A stretch of DNA of 64,000 nucleotides from Alphaproteobacteria bacterium (GTDB lineage Bacteria > Pseudomonadota > Alphaproteobacteria > Bin95). The notes under the pieces are model-generated. The model was given only the letters and a program-made list of their open reading frames with translations, had not been told where the DNA came from and did no database searches. The stretch spans positions 96,001-160,000 of the forward strand of contig CAXXWS020000002.1 in assembly GCA_963665325.3 (NCBI GenBank). Direction: 5' to 3'. Numbering within the stretch: the stretch's first letter is position 1; each line of letters opens with the position of its first letter. This document shows positions 29,011 through 38,322 of this stretch, one piece after another. Made by a program: the position numbers and the translations under genes.

Positions 29011-30204
29011 TCAGGTGTTCGGGTCGTGCAGCACGGCCCAGGTGCCGTCAGCGGCATGGACATAGACATAGGGCTTGACCGCTTCGCCCTCGTCGGTCCG
29101 TGTGATCTCGCCGAGCAGGCCCTTCGTCGTCTTGAGCGTGGCCAGCCCGTCTCGGATCGCCCGGCGGTCGGCGTCCACGGAGTCCGCGGTCGCCTGGATG
29201 CCGGCGGTCTCGATGACGTCCTTGAGGATCATCATGATCTCCCAGGCGGCGGCCGAGTGCAGGTCGGCGGAACCGCCCAAAGCCGCGGCGGCGTCGGCGG
29301 CCGCGACCGCATCCGGGTTCACCGGCGCGAAGGAGGTCGGGATGATGATGCCCTCGGCCTGTTTGGCACAGCCGTTCAGGGTCTCGAGCGACGAGGACGA
29401 GGTCAGGCCGACCAGCACCTTGTATTCGACGCGCTGGCGGGCCATTTCCTTCAGCACGCCGCAGGTCGTGAAGGGATGCGCCGAAATGGCGATCACATCC
29501 GCGCCGGCGCGCTTCATCGCGCGCACCTGTGTGGTGAAGTTGGTGTCGTTCAGCAGCCACTTCGCCTCGCCCTTGACCTCATAGCCGGCGTCGGCCGAGC
29601 GCGTCTTCATCACCTTGTACCAGGTGAAGCGCGAGTGAGCGAAGTCCTCTTCGACGCCGCCATAGACGGACTTGGCATCCGGATGCTCGGAGGCGAGCCA
29701 CTCGAACAGGGTCTGGTACATCTGGCTCTCGTTCGGGACGTTGCGGAACGCCCATTCCGAAATTTTCGCCAGCCCGCCCTTGATGGCGGTGTCGGTGAAG
29801 ATCGGGAACTGCAGCCCGCTGTCGCCTTCGTCGCCGGCTTTCGCCTGCAGGATTCCGAACAGCGGCTCGGCGACATTCGAGCAGGTCGGACCCACGCCGA
29901 CCACGGCGTCGCTCGAGGCGATCCGGCGCACGACCGAAATGCCTTCCTCGGCGTTGCAGCGGTCATCGTCGAACGAGACTTCCATCGGCGCCATCGAGCC
30001 GTCGGCCAGCTTCACGCCGCCCGCGTCGTTGATCGCCTTGGCGGCGGCCCGCATCACGGCATCGGTGTTGATGCCGAACGAGCGGACGACGCCGGACATC
30101 GCGCCGAAACCGGCGATCTTGACCGTCCGGTCGGCGGCGTCGGCGGCAGTGCCGACCGACATCGCAACGCCGACGGCTGCGGCAATCGTCAACAGTCTCT
30201 TCAT
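29011..30204 (-). CDS. LIV-type ABC substrate-binding protein
   Basis: Signal peptide; INDAGG, DDRC, GPTCS, AFRN motifs; GGGAGG RBS. Confidence 0.9.
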   Translation of the reverse strand: MKRLLTIAAAVGVAMSVGTAADAADRTVKIAGFGAMSGVVRSFGINTDAVMRAAAKAINDAGGVKLADGSMAPMEVSFDDDRCNAEEGISVVRRIASSDAVVGVGPTCSNVAEPLFGILQAKAGDEGDSGLQFPIFTDTAIKGGLAKISEWAFRNVPNESQMYQTLFEWLASEHPDAKSVYGGVEEDFAHSRFTWYKVMKTRSADAGYEVKGEAKWLLNDTNFTTQVRAMKRAGADVIAISAHPFTTCGVLKEMARQRVEYKVLVGLTSSSSLETLNGCAKQAEGIIIPTSFAPVNPDAVAAADAAAALGGSADLHSAAAWEIMMILKDVIETAGIQATADSVDADRRAIRDGLATLKTTKGLLGEITRTDEGEAVKPYVYVHAADGTWAVLHDPNT

Positions 30205-30282
30205 GATCTTACCTCCCGTTGAAACTCCGGTTGCGCGGATGCCGCCAAGCAACACCGCGCTCCGGGGGCGCGTGCCTGCCGC

Positions 30283-30311
30283 ATTCTAGATTGCGACAAT
30301 TTGGCGGTCAA
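30283..30311 (-). promoter_or_regulatory. Sigma70-type promoter of the ABC operon
   Basis: Minus strand TTGACC-N17-TAGAAT. Confidence 0.7.
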
Positions 30312-30346
30312 TCTGCCATGCTCGCCGAACGGGCGCGAAATAAGGG

Positions 30347-31840
30347 CTAATGCGTGCAGCGGGCGTGGCGCTCGATATGATAGTCCTCCCGGGCGAGTGC
30401 GAGAGCGAAGCTCCTGACCGGCCCCTCCAGTCGCTCCGCGGTGGCGCGTGCGCCTGCATTGGCGGCTGCGAGGCGTTCGGCCGCCGCTTCTGCATCGCGG
30501 GCGAGCTTCGCCTCGTTCACCGTCACCATGCGCCGGCCTTCCAGCACCATGCGCCCGCCGATCATCACCGATTCGACGCCCGTGCCGTCCTCGCCGTGCA
30601 CGACCTGGTTCACGGGGTCGTTGAGCGGGACATAGTTGATCTGCCCGAGGTCGAGGAAGACGATATCCGCCTTGCGGCCTGGTTCGACGGCGCCGATCTC
30701 GTCCCCGAAACCGAGCACGCTGGCGCTGCCCTTGGTGGCGAGGGTGAGGATCTCGTCCGTGGAGAGCCACCGCTCCGGGTCCAATTCCTGCACGCGGGAG
30801 ACCATCGAGGCGACCCGCATCGCCTCGAACATGTTGAGATTGTCGGAGCAGGTGCAGGCATCGGTGCCGATTCCGACCCTCACACCGGCGTCGAGCAGCG
30901 CCCGGGCCGCCGCGAGGCCGCTGCCGAGGCGTGCATTGGAGCCCGGATTGTGGGCGACGGCGCCGCCGGCATCCCCGATCCGTTGCATGTCGTCCCGGTC
31001 CAGCCACACCGCATGCGCGGCCGTGAAGCCGGGGCCGAGCACGCCGAGCCGGTCGAGATACGCCGTCTGGGTCATGCCGTAGAGGCGCATCCCGGCATGG
31101 GCCTGCACCTTCGACTCGCCAAGATGCGTGTGGAAGCCTGCCCCGTGCTCCGCCGCCGCCTCGTTCGCGGCCCTGAGGAACGCCTCGCTGCAGTGGTGGG
31201 GGATCGTCGGGGCGAGCGCGAGCCGGACCCGGTCGCGGGAGAAGGGCCACGACCTGAGCGCGCCCTCCCAGGCTGCGAGGCTCGTCGCAAACGGCTCGAC
31301 CGCCACCGCCTCGGCGTTGCGCCTCAGCGCGTCCGGCAGGGCATCCAGCAGACCGGGTATCGCCTGGTAGAAGGTGCGGTCGGCCATCATCGGGGCGACC
31401 ACGGCGCGCATCCCGACATCCCCGTAGGCGCGGCCGATGGCCTCCAGCCCGTCGGTCGTGGGCACGGGGAACTCGAAATTGAGGTCGTAGGCGGCGGTGC
31501 AGCCCTTGCGCACCATCTCTACCGCGCCGATGAGCGTCGAGAGGTACTTGTCCTCCAGCGTGCGGTTGCCCGTGATCCATGGTGCCGCGTTCAGCAGCAG
31601 TTCGAGGTTCCAGCGGTCGCCGAAGCTCTTGGCCAGGTTGTTGTGGCCGTGCGTGTGCGAGTTCACGAGGCCGGGCATAAGCAGCCGGCCGGTCGCATCC
31701 CGGAGCGTGGCGCCTTCCGGGGCCGCCATGCCGGGCGGCCCGACCGTATGTACCGTGTCGCCCTCGACGAGGATGTCGGCAGGTTCCGCCGAGTGGCGTT
31801 CGATATCGAGCAGCCGCCCGCCGCGAATGATCGTGTGCAT
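30347..31840 (-). CDS. Metal-dependent amidohydrolase/deaminase (AtzA/MtaD/guanine-deaminase-like)
   Basis: MPGLVNSHTHG, HTHLGES, AHAVW, HNPGSN, GIGTD motifs. Confidence 0.9.
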   Translation of the reverse strand: MHTIIRGGRLLDIERHSAEPADILVEGDTVHTVGPPGMAAPEGATLRDATGRLLMPGLVNSHTHGHNNLAKSFGDRWNLELLLNAAPWITGNRTLEDKYLSTLIGAVEMVRKGCTAAYDLNFEFPVPTTDGLEAIGRAYGDVGMRAVVAPMMADRTFYQAIPGLLDALPDALRRNAEAVAVEPFATSLAAWEGALRSWPFSRDRVRLALAPTIPHHCSEAFLRAANEAAAEHGAGFHTHLGESKVQAHAGMRLYGMTQTAYLDRLGVLGPGFTAAHAVWLDRDDMQRIGDAGGAVAHNPGSNARLGSGLAAARALLDAGVRVGIGTDACTCSDNLNMFEAMRVASMVSRVQELDPERWLSTDEILTLATKGSASVLGFGDEIGAVEPGRKADIVFLDLGQINYVPLNDPVNQVVHGEDGTGVESVMIGGRMVLEGRRMVTVNEAKLARDAEAAAERLAAANAGARATAERLEGPVRSFALALAREDYHIERHARCTH

Positions 31841-31875
31841 GGGTTCCGTCCTCCTCGCTGCGGGGTTCGCGCCGC

Positions 31876-32739
31876 CTAGACGATGACCGTTTCTTCGCTC
31901 TCGGCCGACCAGGGAAAGAATATCCGCTCGACAATCACAACGAGCTGGAACAGCACCACGCCCAGCACCGAGAGCAGGATCAGCGCCCCGAACGCGACCG
32001 GTGTCCGGAAGAACGCGGTGGCCGAAACGATGAGGTAGCCGAGCCCCTGGTCGGCGTTGACGAACTCGCCCACCACGGCGCCTACAACCGAGAGCGCGAT
32101 TGCGACCTTGAGCCCGCTGAAGACGAACGGGACTGCATAGGGAAGGCGGATCCGCATCAACTCCTGCATCTTGGACGCCTTGAAGGATCGTCCGAGCTCG
32201 ACAAGGTCGGCCGGCACGGAAAGAAGCCCGACCGCGACCGCAATGACGAGCGGGAAGAAGGCCACCAGGAACGTCACGATGACCCGGGGCAGCTCCGTCG
32301 CGCCGAGCATCACCACCAGGATAGGGGCGAGCGCCACCTTCGGGATCGACTGGGTGAAGACGAGAAGCGGGTAGATCGTGGCAGAGGCGTAGCGCGAGGA
32401 GGTCAGCAGGACCGCCAGCGGCAGGCTGACGACGATGGACGCGATGAACCCGTACATCACGGTGCGCAGCGTGGCGAGCGTGTGGCCGCCAAGCGTGTCC
32501 GCGACCGCAAGGCTCTCGGTCCAGATGAGGCTCGGGGCCGGCAGCAGGTAAACGGGAAGCGAGAATGCATGCACCGACGCTTCCCAGACCGCAACGAGGA
32601 CGATGAGCACCGCCGCCGGGAGGACGATCTCGCTGCTCGTATTCCAGATGCGCCTAAGCCGCCGCCGGGCCGGAGAGGTCGGTTTCGTCAGCCCCAAAGA
32701 TACGGCGTCGAATTCGTCTGGTGCATTCCTGGAATTCAC
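31876..32739 (-). CDS. NitT/TauT-type ABC permease (start uncertain)
   Basis: LLPAPS, QSIPKVALAP, GAVVGEF..GLGYLI; GTG with GGAGGG RBS overlaps the upstream gene. Confidence 0.88.
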   Translation of the reverse strand: MNSRNAPDEFDAVSLGLTKPTSPARRRLRRIWNTSSEIVLPAAVLIVLVAVWEASVHAFSLPVYLLPAPSLIWTESLAVADTLGGHTLATLRTVMYGFIASIVVSLPLAVLLTSSRYASATIYPLLVFTQSIPKVALAPILVVMLGATELPRVIVTFLVAFFPLVIAVAVGLLSVPADLVELGRSFKASKMQELMRIRLPYAVPFVFSGLKVAIALSVVGAVVGEFVNADQGLGYLIVSATAFFRTPVAFGALILLSVLGVVLFQLVVIVERIFFPWSAESEETVIV

Positions 32740-33439
32740 GGCTTCCCTCCATATCAAGCGTGCGGGGCCGTTCGATCGGCACATCGACAACCTCCGCGAT
32801 ACGCCCCGGCCGCGGCGACATCACGATGACCCGGTCGGAGAGCAGGACCGCCTCCGTGATCGAGTGCGTCACGAACACGATGGTCTTCGGGTTCTCGGTC
32901 CAGATCCGGAGCAGCTCCATGCTCATCACCTCGCGGGTGAGCGCGTCCAGCGCCCCGAACGGCTCGTCCATGAGCAGGATGCCGGGATCGTGAATCAGCG
33001 CCCGGCAGATGGCGGCGCGCTGCTGCATGCCGCCGGAGAGCTCGCGGGGATAGCGGCTCTCGAACCCCTTGAGGCCCACCAGTTCGAGGAGCGCATGCGC
33101 CCGCGCCCGCGCATCGGTCGCCCTCTCACGCATCAGCCGGAGCGGAAAGAGGACATTGTCGGTGATGTCGGCCCAGGGCAGCAGGGTGGGGCTCTGGAAG
33201 ACGATGCCGATATCCCGGCGCGGCTCGGTGACCGCCGTGCCGTCGATTTCGAGCACCCCCCTTGTGGCGCCGACGAGCCCCGCCAGTAGGCGCAGCATCG
33301 TGGACTTGCCACAGCCGGACGGCCCGACGAGCGACACGAATTCGTTGCGCCCCACCTCCAGCGACACGTCGTGAAGCGCGACAACGCTCCCGCCGTCCCG
33401 GGAGTGAAAGACTTTCGAAAGCCCCTCAACCCGGATCAC
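32654..33439 (-). CDS. NitT/TauT-type ABC ATPase
   Basis: GPSGCGKS, LSGGMQQR, MDEPFGALD, FVTHS. Confidence 0.93.
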   Translation of the reverse strand: MIRVEGLSKVFHSRDGGSVVALHDVSLEVGRNEFVSLVGPSGCGKSTMLRLLAGLVGATRGVLEIDGTAVTEPRRDIGIVFQSPTLLPWADITDNVLFPLRLMRERATDARARAHALLELVGLKGFESRYPRELSGGMQQRAAICRALIHDPGILLMDEPFGALDALTREVMSMELLRIWTENPKTIVFVTHSITEAVLLSDRVIVMSPRPGRIAEVVDVPIERPRTLDMEGSREFQECTRRIRRRIFGADETDLSGPAAA

Positions 33440-33477
33440 GGCGGGGCGCCTCTGGTGGCATCGGGCGGCAAGCCGCG

Positions 33478-34485
33478 CTACGGCACGTAGCGATGGTCCA
33501 CGGCCTGGCTGTAATCCCAGCCGGCGTCGAGGTCCTGGGCGTCTGCCACCACCTCATAGGTGAACGCCATGCGCTCCGAATCGTGCCGTCCGAGCCCCGT
33601 GGCTGCGGAATGGTCGTTGAAGACGAAGGTGAGCGTGGCGTTGAGGCTGCCCATGCAATCGTCCATCGCCACCTCCGGCACGCGCTCGACATGCAGCTGG
33701 CACGCTTCCTCCCGGTTGTCGCGGGCCCACTCCATCGCGTTCTTGTTGGCGGTGAGGAACCGGCCCACAAGGTCGGGGTTTTCCTCGATCAGGTCCTCTC
33801 GGGCGATGAGCCCGGTGGCGTAGATCGCGAACCCCGCCTTGACGAAGGGCAGCACCACGATCTCCTCGCCGGCCTGCTTTGCCGCCTTGTTCTGGTAGTA
33901 GTGGTGCATTGCGAAGAACGGGGCCGCGTCGATCTTCTTCGAGATCAGCAGCGCGGCCATCGCCGACGCATCGGAGTTGGACCAGACGATCTTCGAGGGA
34001 TCGGTCCCGGCCCGCTCCGCCACCTTGGGGAAATAGACGCGGTGGCTGTTGCCGGGGGTAATGCCGATCTTCTTGCCCTCGAGCCCCTGGAAGGTCTTGA
34101 TCCCCGAACTCTTCAGCACGAAGAGCGAGTGGGGGGAGTGGGTATAGGTCTGCATGATCTGCTTGACCGGCACCCCGACCCGCACGCGGGCCGTGATGAG
34201 CGCCCCCAGGTCGGCGATGCCGAAGTCGGCGGCGCCGCCTGCGATCTTGGTGACGGTGTCGCCCGACCCGTATCCGCGCGTGATGGTGATGTCGATGCCC
34301 TGGTCTTTCCAGAAGCCCTTGGTCCAGCCGCCGAAATACATGGCGTGCTCGCCGGAAGGGATCCAGTCGGTCTGGAGATGGACCTCATCGGCCGCGCCCG
34401 CCGGTCCGGCGGCAAGCAGCATCCCGGCTCCCACGACGGCGCCCGTGAGCGCGTGGCGACGATGCGGTGAACGAAGAGATTTCAT
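33478..34485 (-). CDS. NMT1/THI5-like ABC substrate-binding protein
   Basis: Signal peptide; DWIPSGEH, RGYGSG, LEGKKIG motifs. Confidence 0.88.
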   Translation of the reverse strand: MKSLRSPHRRHALTGAVVGAGMLLAAGPAGAADEVHLQTDWIPSGEHAMYFGGWTKGFWKDQGIDITITRGYGSGDTVTKIAGGAADFGIADLGALITARVRVGVPVKQIMQTYTHSPHSLFVLKSSGIKTFQGLEGKKIGITPGNSHRVYFPKVAERAGTDPSKIVWSNSDASAMAALLISKKIDAAPFFAMHHYYQNKAAKQAGEEIVVLPFVKAGFAIYATGLIAREDLIEENPDLVGRFLTANKNAMEWARDNREEACQLHVERVPEVAMDDCMGSLNATLTFVFNDHSAATGLGRHDSERMAFTYEVVADAQDLDAGWDYSQAVDHRYVP

Positions 34486-34813
34486 CCGATTCCTCCCGAT
34501 GCTGCTGGATGACGGTCTTCCGGCCGGCAGGGTGTTCCGTGGCGACGGCAGGATCGTTTGTCCTGCTCCCATAAACCGGTCATCGGCCTTATCCGGTCGA
34601 TTCCGGCGTCCAAATCAAGGTGGCAGCGGATGCTGCCTCCCTCGATGCGTGTCGTCACGCTCCCTTCCTCCCGGGCAAGCCCCATTGGGGCAATGCGAAA
34701 GCCTATCCCGTTAATTTCGTTTCGGCCAACGGGAATCTTCCGCCAACCGGCGAAGCACGAAATCGAGATATGATCCGGCCGTCCTCGAGACTTGTGCGGA
34801 CTGGAGCCAGGCG

Positions 34814-36988
34814 ATGATCCCCAACACGATCCCCCTGATCGGATACGCCGACCGGTGGTCGGTCCGCCCCGGCGAAACGATAGAGTTCAAGGTGAGCAGC
34901 CGTTCCGCGGAGCCCTACCGGGCGCGGCTGGTCCGGGTGATATCGGCCGACCCGAACCCCGCGGGTCCCGGTATCAAGGAAGAGGCGGTCGCCTCCGACA
35001 TCGAGGGAAGCTGGCCGTCGCGGGCGCAGGACGCCGCACTCGGCTCCTATGTCCGCGTGGAGGGCGCGCGGCTGGCGGCGGAGGCGCTGACGGTGTCCGC
35101 AACGATCTGGCCGACGCTGCCCGGCGGAGAGGGGCAGGGCATTGTGTCATGGCTCGGCGAGGCGGGCGGACTGGCGCTTCTGCTGGACGGCGAGCGCGGC
35201 GCCTGCGTCAGGGTTGCGACAGCGAATGGCGTCGAGACTGTGGCGGTGGGCAAGCCGCTGCTTGCGCGCGCCTGGTACCGGGTCTGGGCGAGCGTCGATC
35301 CCGCGACCGGCGCGGTCTCGGTCGGCCAGCAGGCGCTTCGTCCCTTCGCCAGGGTGGACGATACGGGCACGGCGAGCGCGCATGTGGACGCGCCGGCGAC
35401 GGGGATCGACGGCGACATCCTTATCGGCGCGGCGGGTGGAAATCCGGTCGAAGGCCATTTCAACGGCAAGATCGAGCGGCCGCGGATTGCGCGCGGTGCG
35501 GCGCCGGACGGCGACATCGTCTCGGACTGGGACTTCTCCCCCGAAATCTCTTCCCTCCGGGTCGTCGATGCGGGACCGAACGGGTGGCATGGCGAGCTGG
35601 TGAACCTGCCGACGCGGGGGATGAAGGGCTCCAACTGGAGCGGGCGAGAGCAGTGCTGGCGCCACGCGCCGGAGGAGTACGGCGCCATCCACTTCCACGA
35701 GGACGACCTCTACGACTGCGGCTGGGAGACCGACTTCTCTTACACGGTGCCGGCCGGCCTCCACAGCGGCTCCTACGCGGTCCGGCTCTCCTGCGGCGGG
35801 CATGAGGACATGATTCCCTTCTTCGTGCTGCCTCCGAGCGGGTCCCGGCGGACGCCGATCTGCGTGCTGATCCCGACCTTCACCTACACGGTGTACGGCA
35901 ACTATGCGCGGGGCGTGACGACCGAAGCCTATCTGGCTCGCGCGCAGGACTGGGGGGCACGCGATCTCACGGCCGACCGCCACAAGGAATACGGCCTTTC
36001 CACCTATGACCGCCATACCGACGGCAGCGGCATCTGCTTCGCCTCGCAGCGCCGTCCGGTGCTGACCCAGCGCTCCGGCTATATGAGCTATCTGGACGAG
36101 GCGGGCTCCGGGCTGCGCCACTATCCCGGCGACACCCATCTCATCGACTGGCTGGAGGAGAAGGGCTACGAGTTCGACCTCGTCACCGACCACGACCTGG
36201 ACCGCGAGGGCTACGACCTCATTTCGTCCTACCGCGTCGTGCTCACCGGCTCCCACCCCGAATATCACACCGCGAACACGCTCGACGCGCTCCAGCGCCA
36301 CTTGGATGAGGGCGGGCGGCTCATGTATCTCGGCGGCAACGGCTTCTACTGGCGGGTGGCGGTCAACGAGTCCGTGCCGGATGCCGTCGAGATCCGGCGG
36401 GGCGAGGGCGGCATCCGGGCCTGGGCGGCGGAGCCGGGCGAGTATTACAACGCGCTCGACGGGGAATATGGCGGCCTCTGGCGGCGCAACGACCGCCCGC
36501 CCCAGAAGCTCGCCGGGGTCGGCTTTTCCGCGCAGGGGCAGTTCGTCGGCTCATACTATGTGCGCGGCCCCGAAGCGGACGACCCGCGCGCCGCCTGGAT
36601 CTTCGAGGGCGTGCCGGACCGCATTCTCGGCAATTTCGGCTTTTCCGGCGGGGGCGCGGCCGGCTTCGAGCTCGACCGGGTGGACATCCGCCTGGGCTCG
36701 CCGCCCAACACGCTCGTGCTGGCGACCTCCGAACGGCACGGCGACACCTTCGTCGTCGTGCCGGAGGAACTGCTGACCCATCTCGTCACCTGGCCGGGCG
36801 AGCCGCCCGAGGCGCTGGTGCGCTCGAACCTGGCCTTCTTCGAGACCGCAGCGGGCGGGGCCGTCTTCTCCGTCGGCTCCATCACCTATTGCGGCAGCCT
36901 TTCCCACAACAATTACGACAACAACATCTCGCGTATCACGAAGAACGTCCTTGATCGCTTCGCCGATCCGGCGCCGTTCGAGGTGTGA
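34814..36988 (+). CDS. N,N-dimethylformamidase large (beta) subunit family protein
   Basis: GYADRWSVRPGE, YGAIHFHEDDL, PTFTYTVYGN, STYD.H.DGSG, SHPEY, YLGGNGFYW, AAGFELD. Confidence 0.9.
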   Translation: MIPNTIPLIGYADRWSVRPGETIEFKVSSRSAEPYRARLVRVISADPNPAGPGIKEEAVASDIEGSWPSRAQDAALGSYVRVEGARLAAEALTVSATIWPTLPGGEGQGIVSWLGEAGGLALLLDGERGACVRVATANGVETVAVGKPLLARAWYRVWASVDPATGAVSVGQQALRPFARVDDTGTASAHVDAPATGIDGDILIGAAGGNPVEGHFNGKIERPRIARGAAPDGDIVSDWDFSPEISSLRVVDAGPNGWHGELVNLPTRGMKGSNWSGREQCWRHAPEEYGAIHFHEDDLYDCGWETDFSYTVPAGLHSGSYAVRLSCGGHEDMIPFFVLPPSGSRRTPICVLIPTFTYTVYGNYARGVTTEAYLARAQDWGARDLTADRHKEYGLSTYDRHTDGSGICFASQRRPVLTQRSGYMSYLDEAGSGLRHYPGDTHLIDWLEEKGYEFDLVTDHDLDREGYDLISSYRVVLTGSHPEYHTANTLDALQRHLDEGGRLMYLGGNGFYWRVAVNESVPDAVEIRRGEGGIRAWAAEPGEYYNALDGEYGGLWRRNDRPPQKLAGVGFSAQGQFVGSYYVRGPEADDPRAAWIFEGVPDRILGNFGFSGGGAAGFELDRVDIRLGSPPNTLVLATSERHGDTFVVVPEELLTHLVTWPGEPPEALVRSNLAFFETAAGGAVFSVGSITYCGSLSHNNYDNNISRITKNVLDRFADPAPFEV

Positions 36989-36999
36989 GCCGCTACAGC

Positions 37000-37192
37000 G
37001 GCCGCCCTTCGATACGCGCCCGCTTGCGCGGGCGCTACTCAGGGTGAGGGCAAGGGCGTGGGCGGGGTTCCGGGAACTCCCTCACTCCGCGCAGCGCCCC
37101 GCTCCTCCCTTCCCTTATTTCGCGCAGCGCCCCCGGTCCTTCCTTCCCTCATTCCGAGTAGCCGCAAAGCGGCGTATCGAGGGACGGCGGCC
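37000..37192. repeat. Inverted pair of REP-like palindromes enclosing a 33-34 bp degenerate tandem
   Basis: CCCTTCGATACGC..GCTACTCAGGGTGAGGG (37005-37050) is inverted to CCCTCATTCCGAGTAGC..GCGTATCGAGGG (37146-37183). Related unit starts at 37079, 37112 and 37146. Confidence 0.75.
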
Positions 37193-37342
37193 GGGGCGAC
37201 AGTTTCAGTGTCGAGTCTATTTCCGGGGCAAGCAGCACGAAATCCGACTTATCCCGGTCCGCCAGCACCGCTGCGCCGCGCCGGCTTGCTTCCCGGCGAG
37301 TCCGGCGGATATGCTGCACCGGCCTGCGCGAGGGAGGTCGGC

Positions 37343-38251
37343 ATGGCGAGGATCGGGCGGCGCCGGGTTTCATGGCTGACGGGTCTGGGCGTCCTGCTCT
37401 GCCTCGTATCCCTCGGCTCCGTCAGCCTGGCTGAAAACCATGCAAACGAAAGATTTACCTGCGACGATCTTGAAAGGGCGGACAGGCTCTATAGAGACTT
37501 GCCGAACAATGTCAATGCCGAGATTCATTATGCGATCTGTCAGGTCCTGGAAGGGGACCGTGAGGAAGGCTTGCGCCGACTGTATCACGTAACCGACCAA
37601 CAAAATAATGTCTTTGCCGCCTACTTTCTTGCCGAATACATTGAATATGGCGGAGATTTTAAACTGCCCATAGATAGAGAAAAAATCGATGAAGCCATCC
37701 AGGCCTATTTCAGAGTCCTGTTCCTGATCGATTTGACTCCTTACTACCCCAGAGACTATGAGCTTTACGAATATGAGGGGCAAATTGAACTGCAATCCCA
37801 CTACCGTGTCCCTTGGCTCTATTTTGAAAAATTTATTTTAGGTGCTCTAGGCCTTTATCGCGAGCACCTATATAACGCTCCTAGTTATAAAGGTAGCAAA
37901 GACTTTTCAACCTATCCGAGATACAGCCGTCATACTCTGGACAGTCTGGAGAAAACAATTGAGCATGCCAATCGCTGTATTGCCCTTCCTAAAAAGCGTT
38001 ATTTCCGCCAGCCCTATTACGATGATCACCAAAATGCCTGCCGGCTTCTGAAAGAAGCGGCGGAAGCTCTTTTGCCCTTGGAGGAAAAAAGACTGAAGGT
38101 TCTTGCTGTTAAATCTTGCAATAAAGATATACGAAAATGTCAGAAACATAAAGAGATGTTTAACACAATGGAGCCTATTGTTGGGCAAACTAATGACAAG
38201 TTAGAAGCGATCTTTGCCTCCTACTATCAAGAAGTAAGTCAGAAAAATTGA
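37343..38251 (+). CDS. Secreted Cys-rich helical hypothetical protein, low-GC mature region
   Basis: AGGGAGG RBS; signal peptide ending SLA; long open frame in AT-rich DNA; weak Sel1/TPR-like segment (AAYFLAEYIEYG..IDEAIQAYFR). Confidence 0.8.
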   Translation: MARIGRRRVSWLTGLGVLLCLVSLGSVSLAENHANERFTCDDLERADRLYRDLPNNVNAEIHYAICQVLEGDREEGLRRLYHVTDQQNNVFAAYFLAEYIEYGGDFKLPIDREKIDEAIQAYFRVLFLIDLTPYYPRDYELYEYEGQIELQSHYRVPWLYFEKFILGALGLYREHLYNAPSYKGSKDFSTYPRYSRHTLDSLEKTIEHANRCIALPKKRYFRQPYYDDHQNACRLLKEAAEALLPLEEKRLKVLAVKSCNKDIRKCQKHKEMFNTMEPIVGQTNDKLEAIFASYYQEVSQKN

Positions 38252-38322
38252 CGCGCGCTCCGTTCCGGTTGACACGGACTCGCCGGCAGCGCACCGGTCA
38301 TCGACTCGGACCGAATTGCGCG

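Noticed and set aside
37079-37165. Possible mini-CRISPR (three units, 33-34 bp period)
   Set aside because: Units are contiguous and degenerate with no unique spacers, and no cas genes are present; better explained as stuttered REP-like copies.
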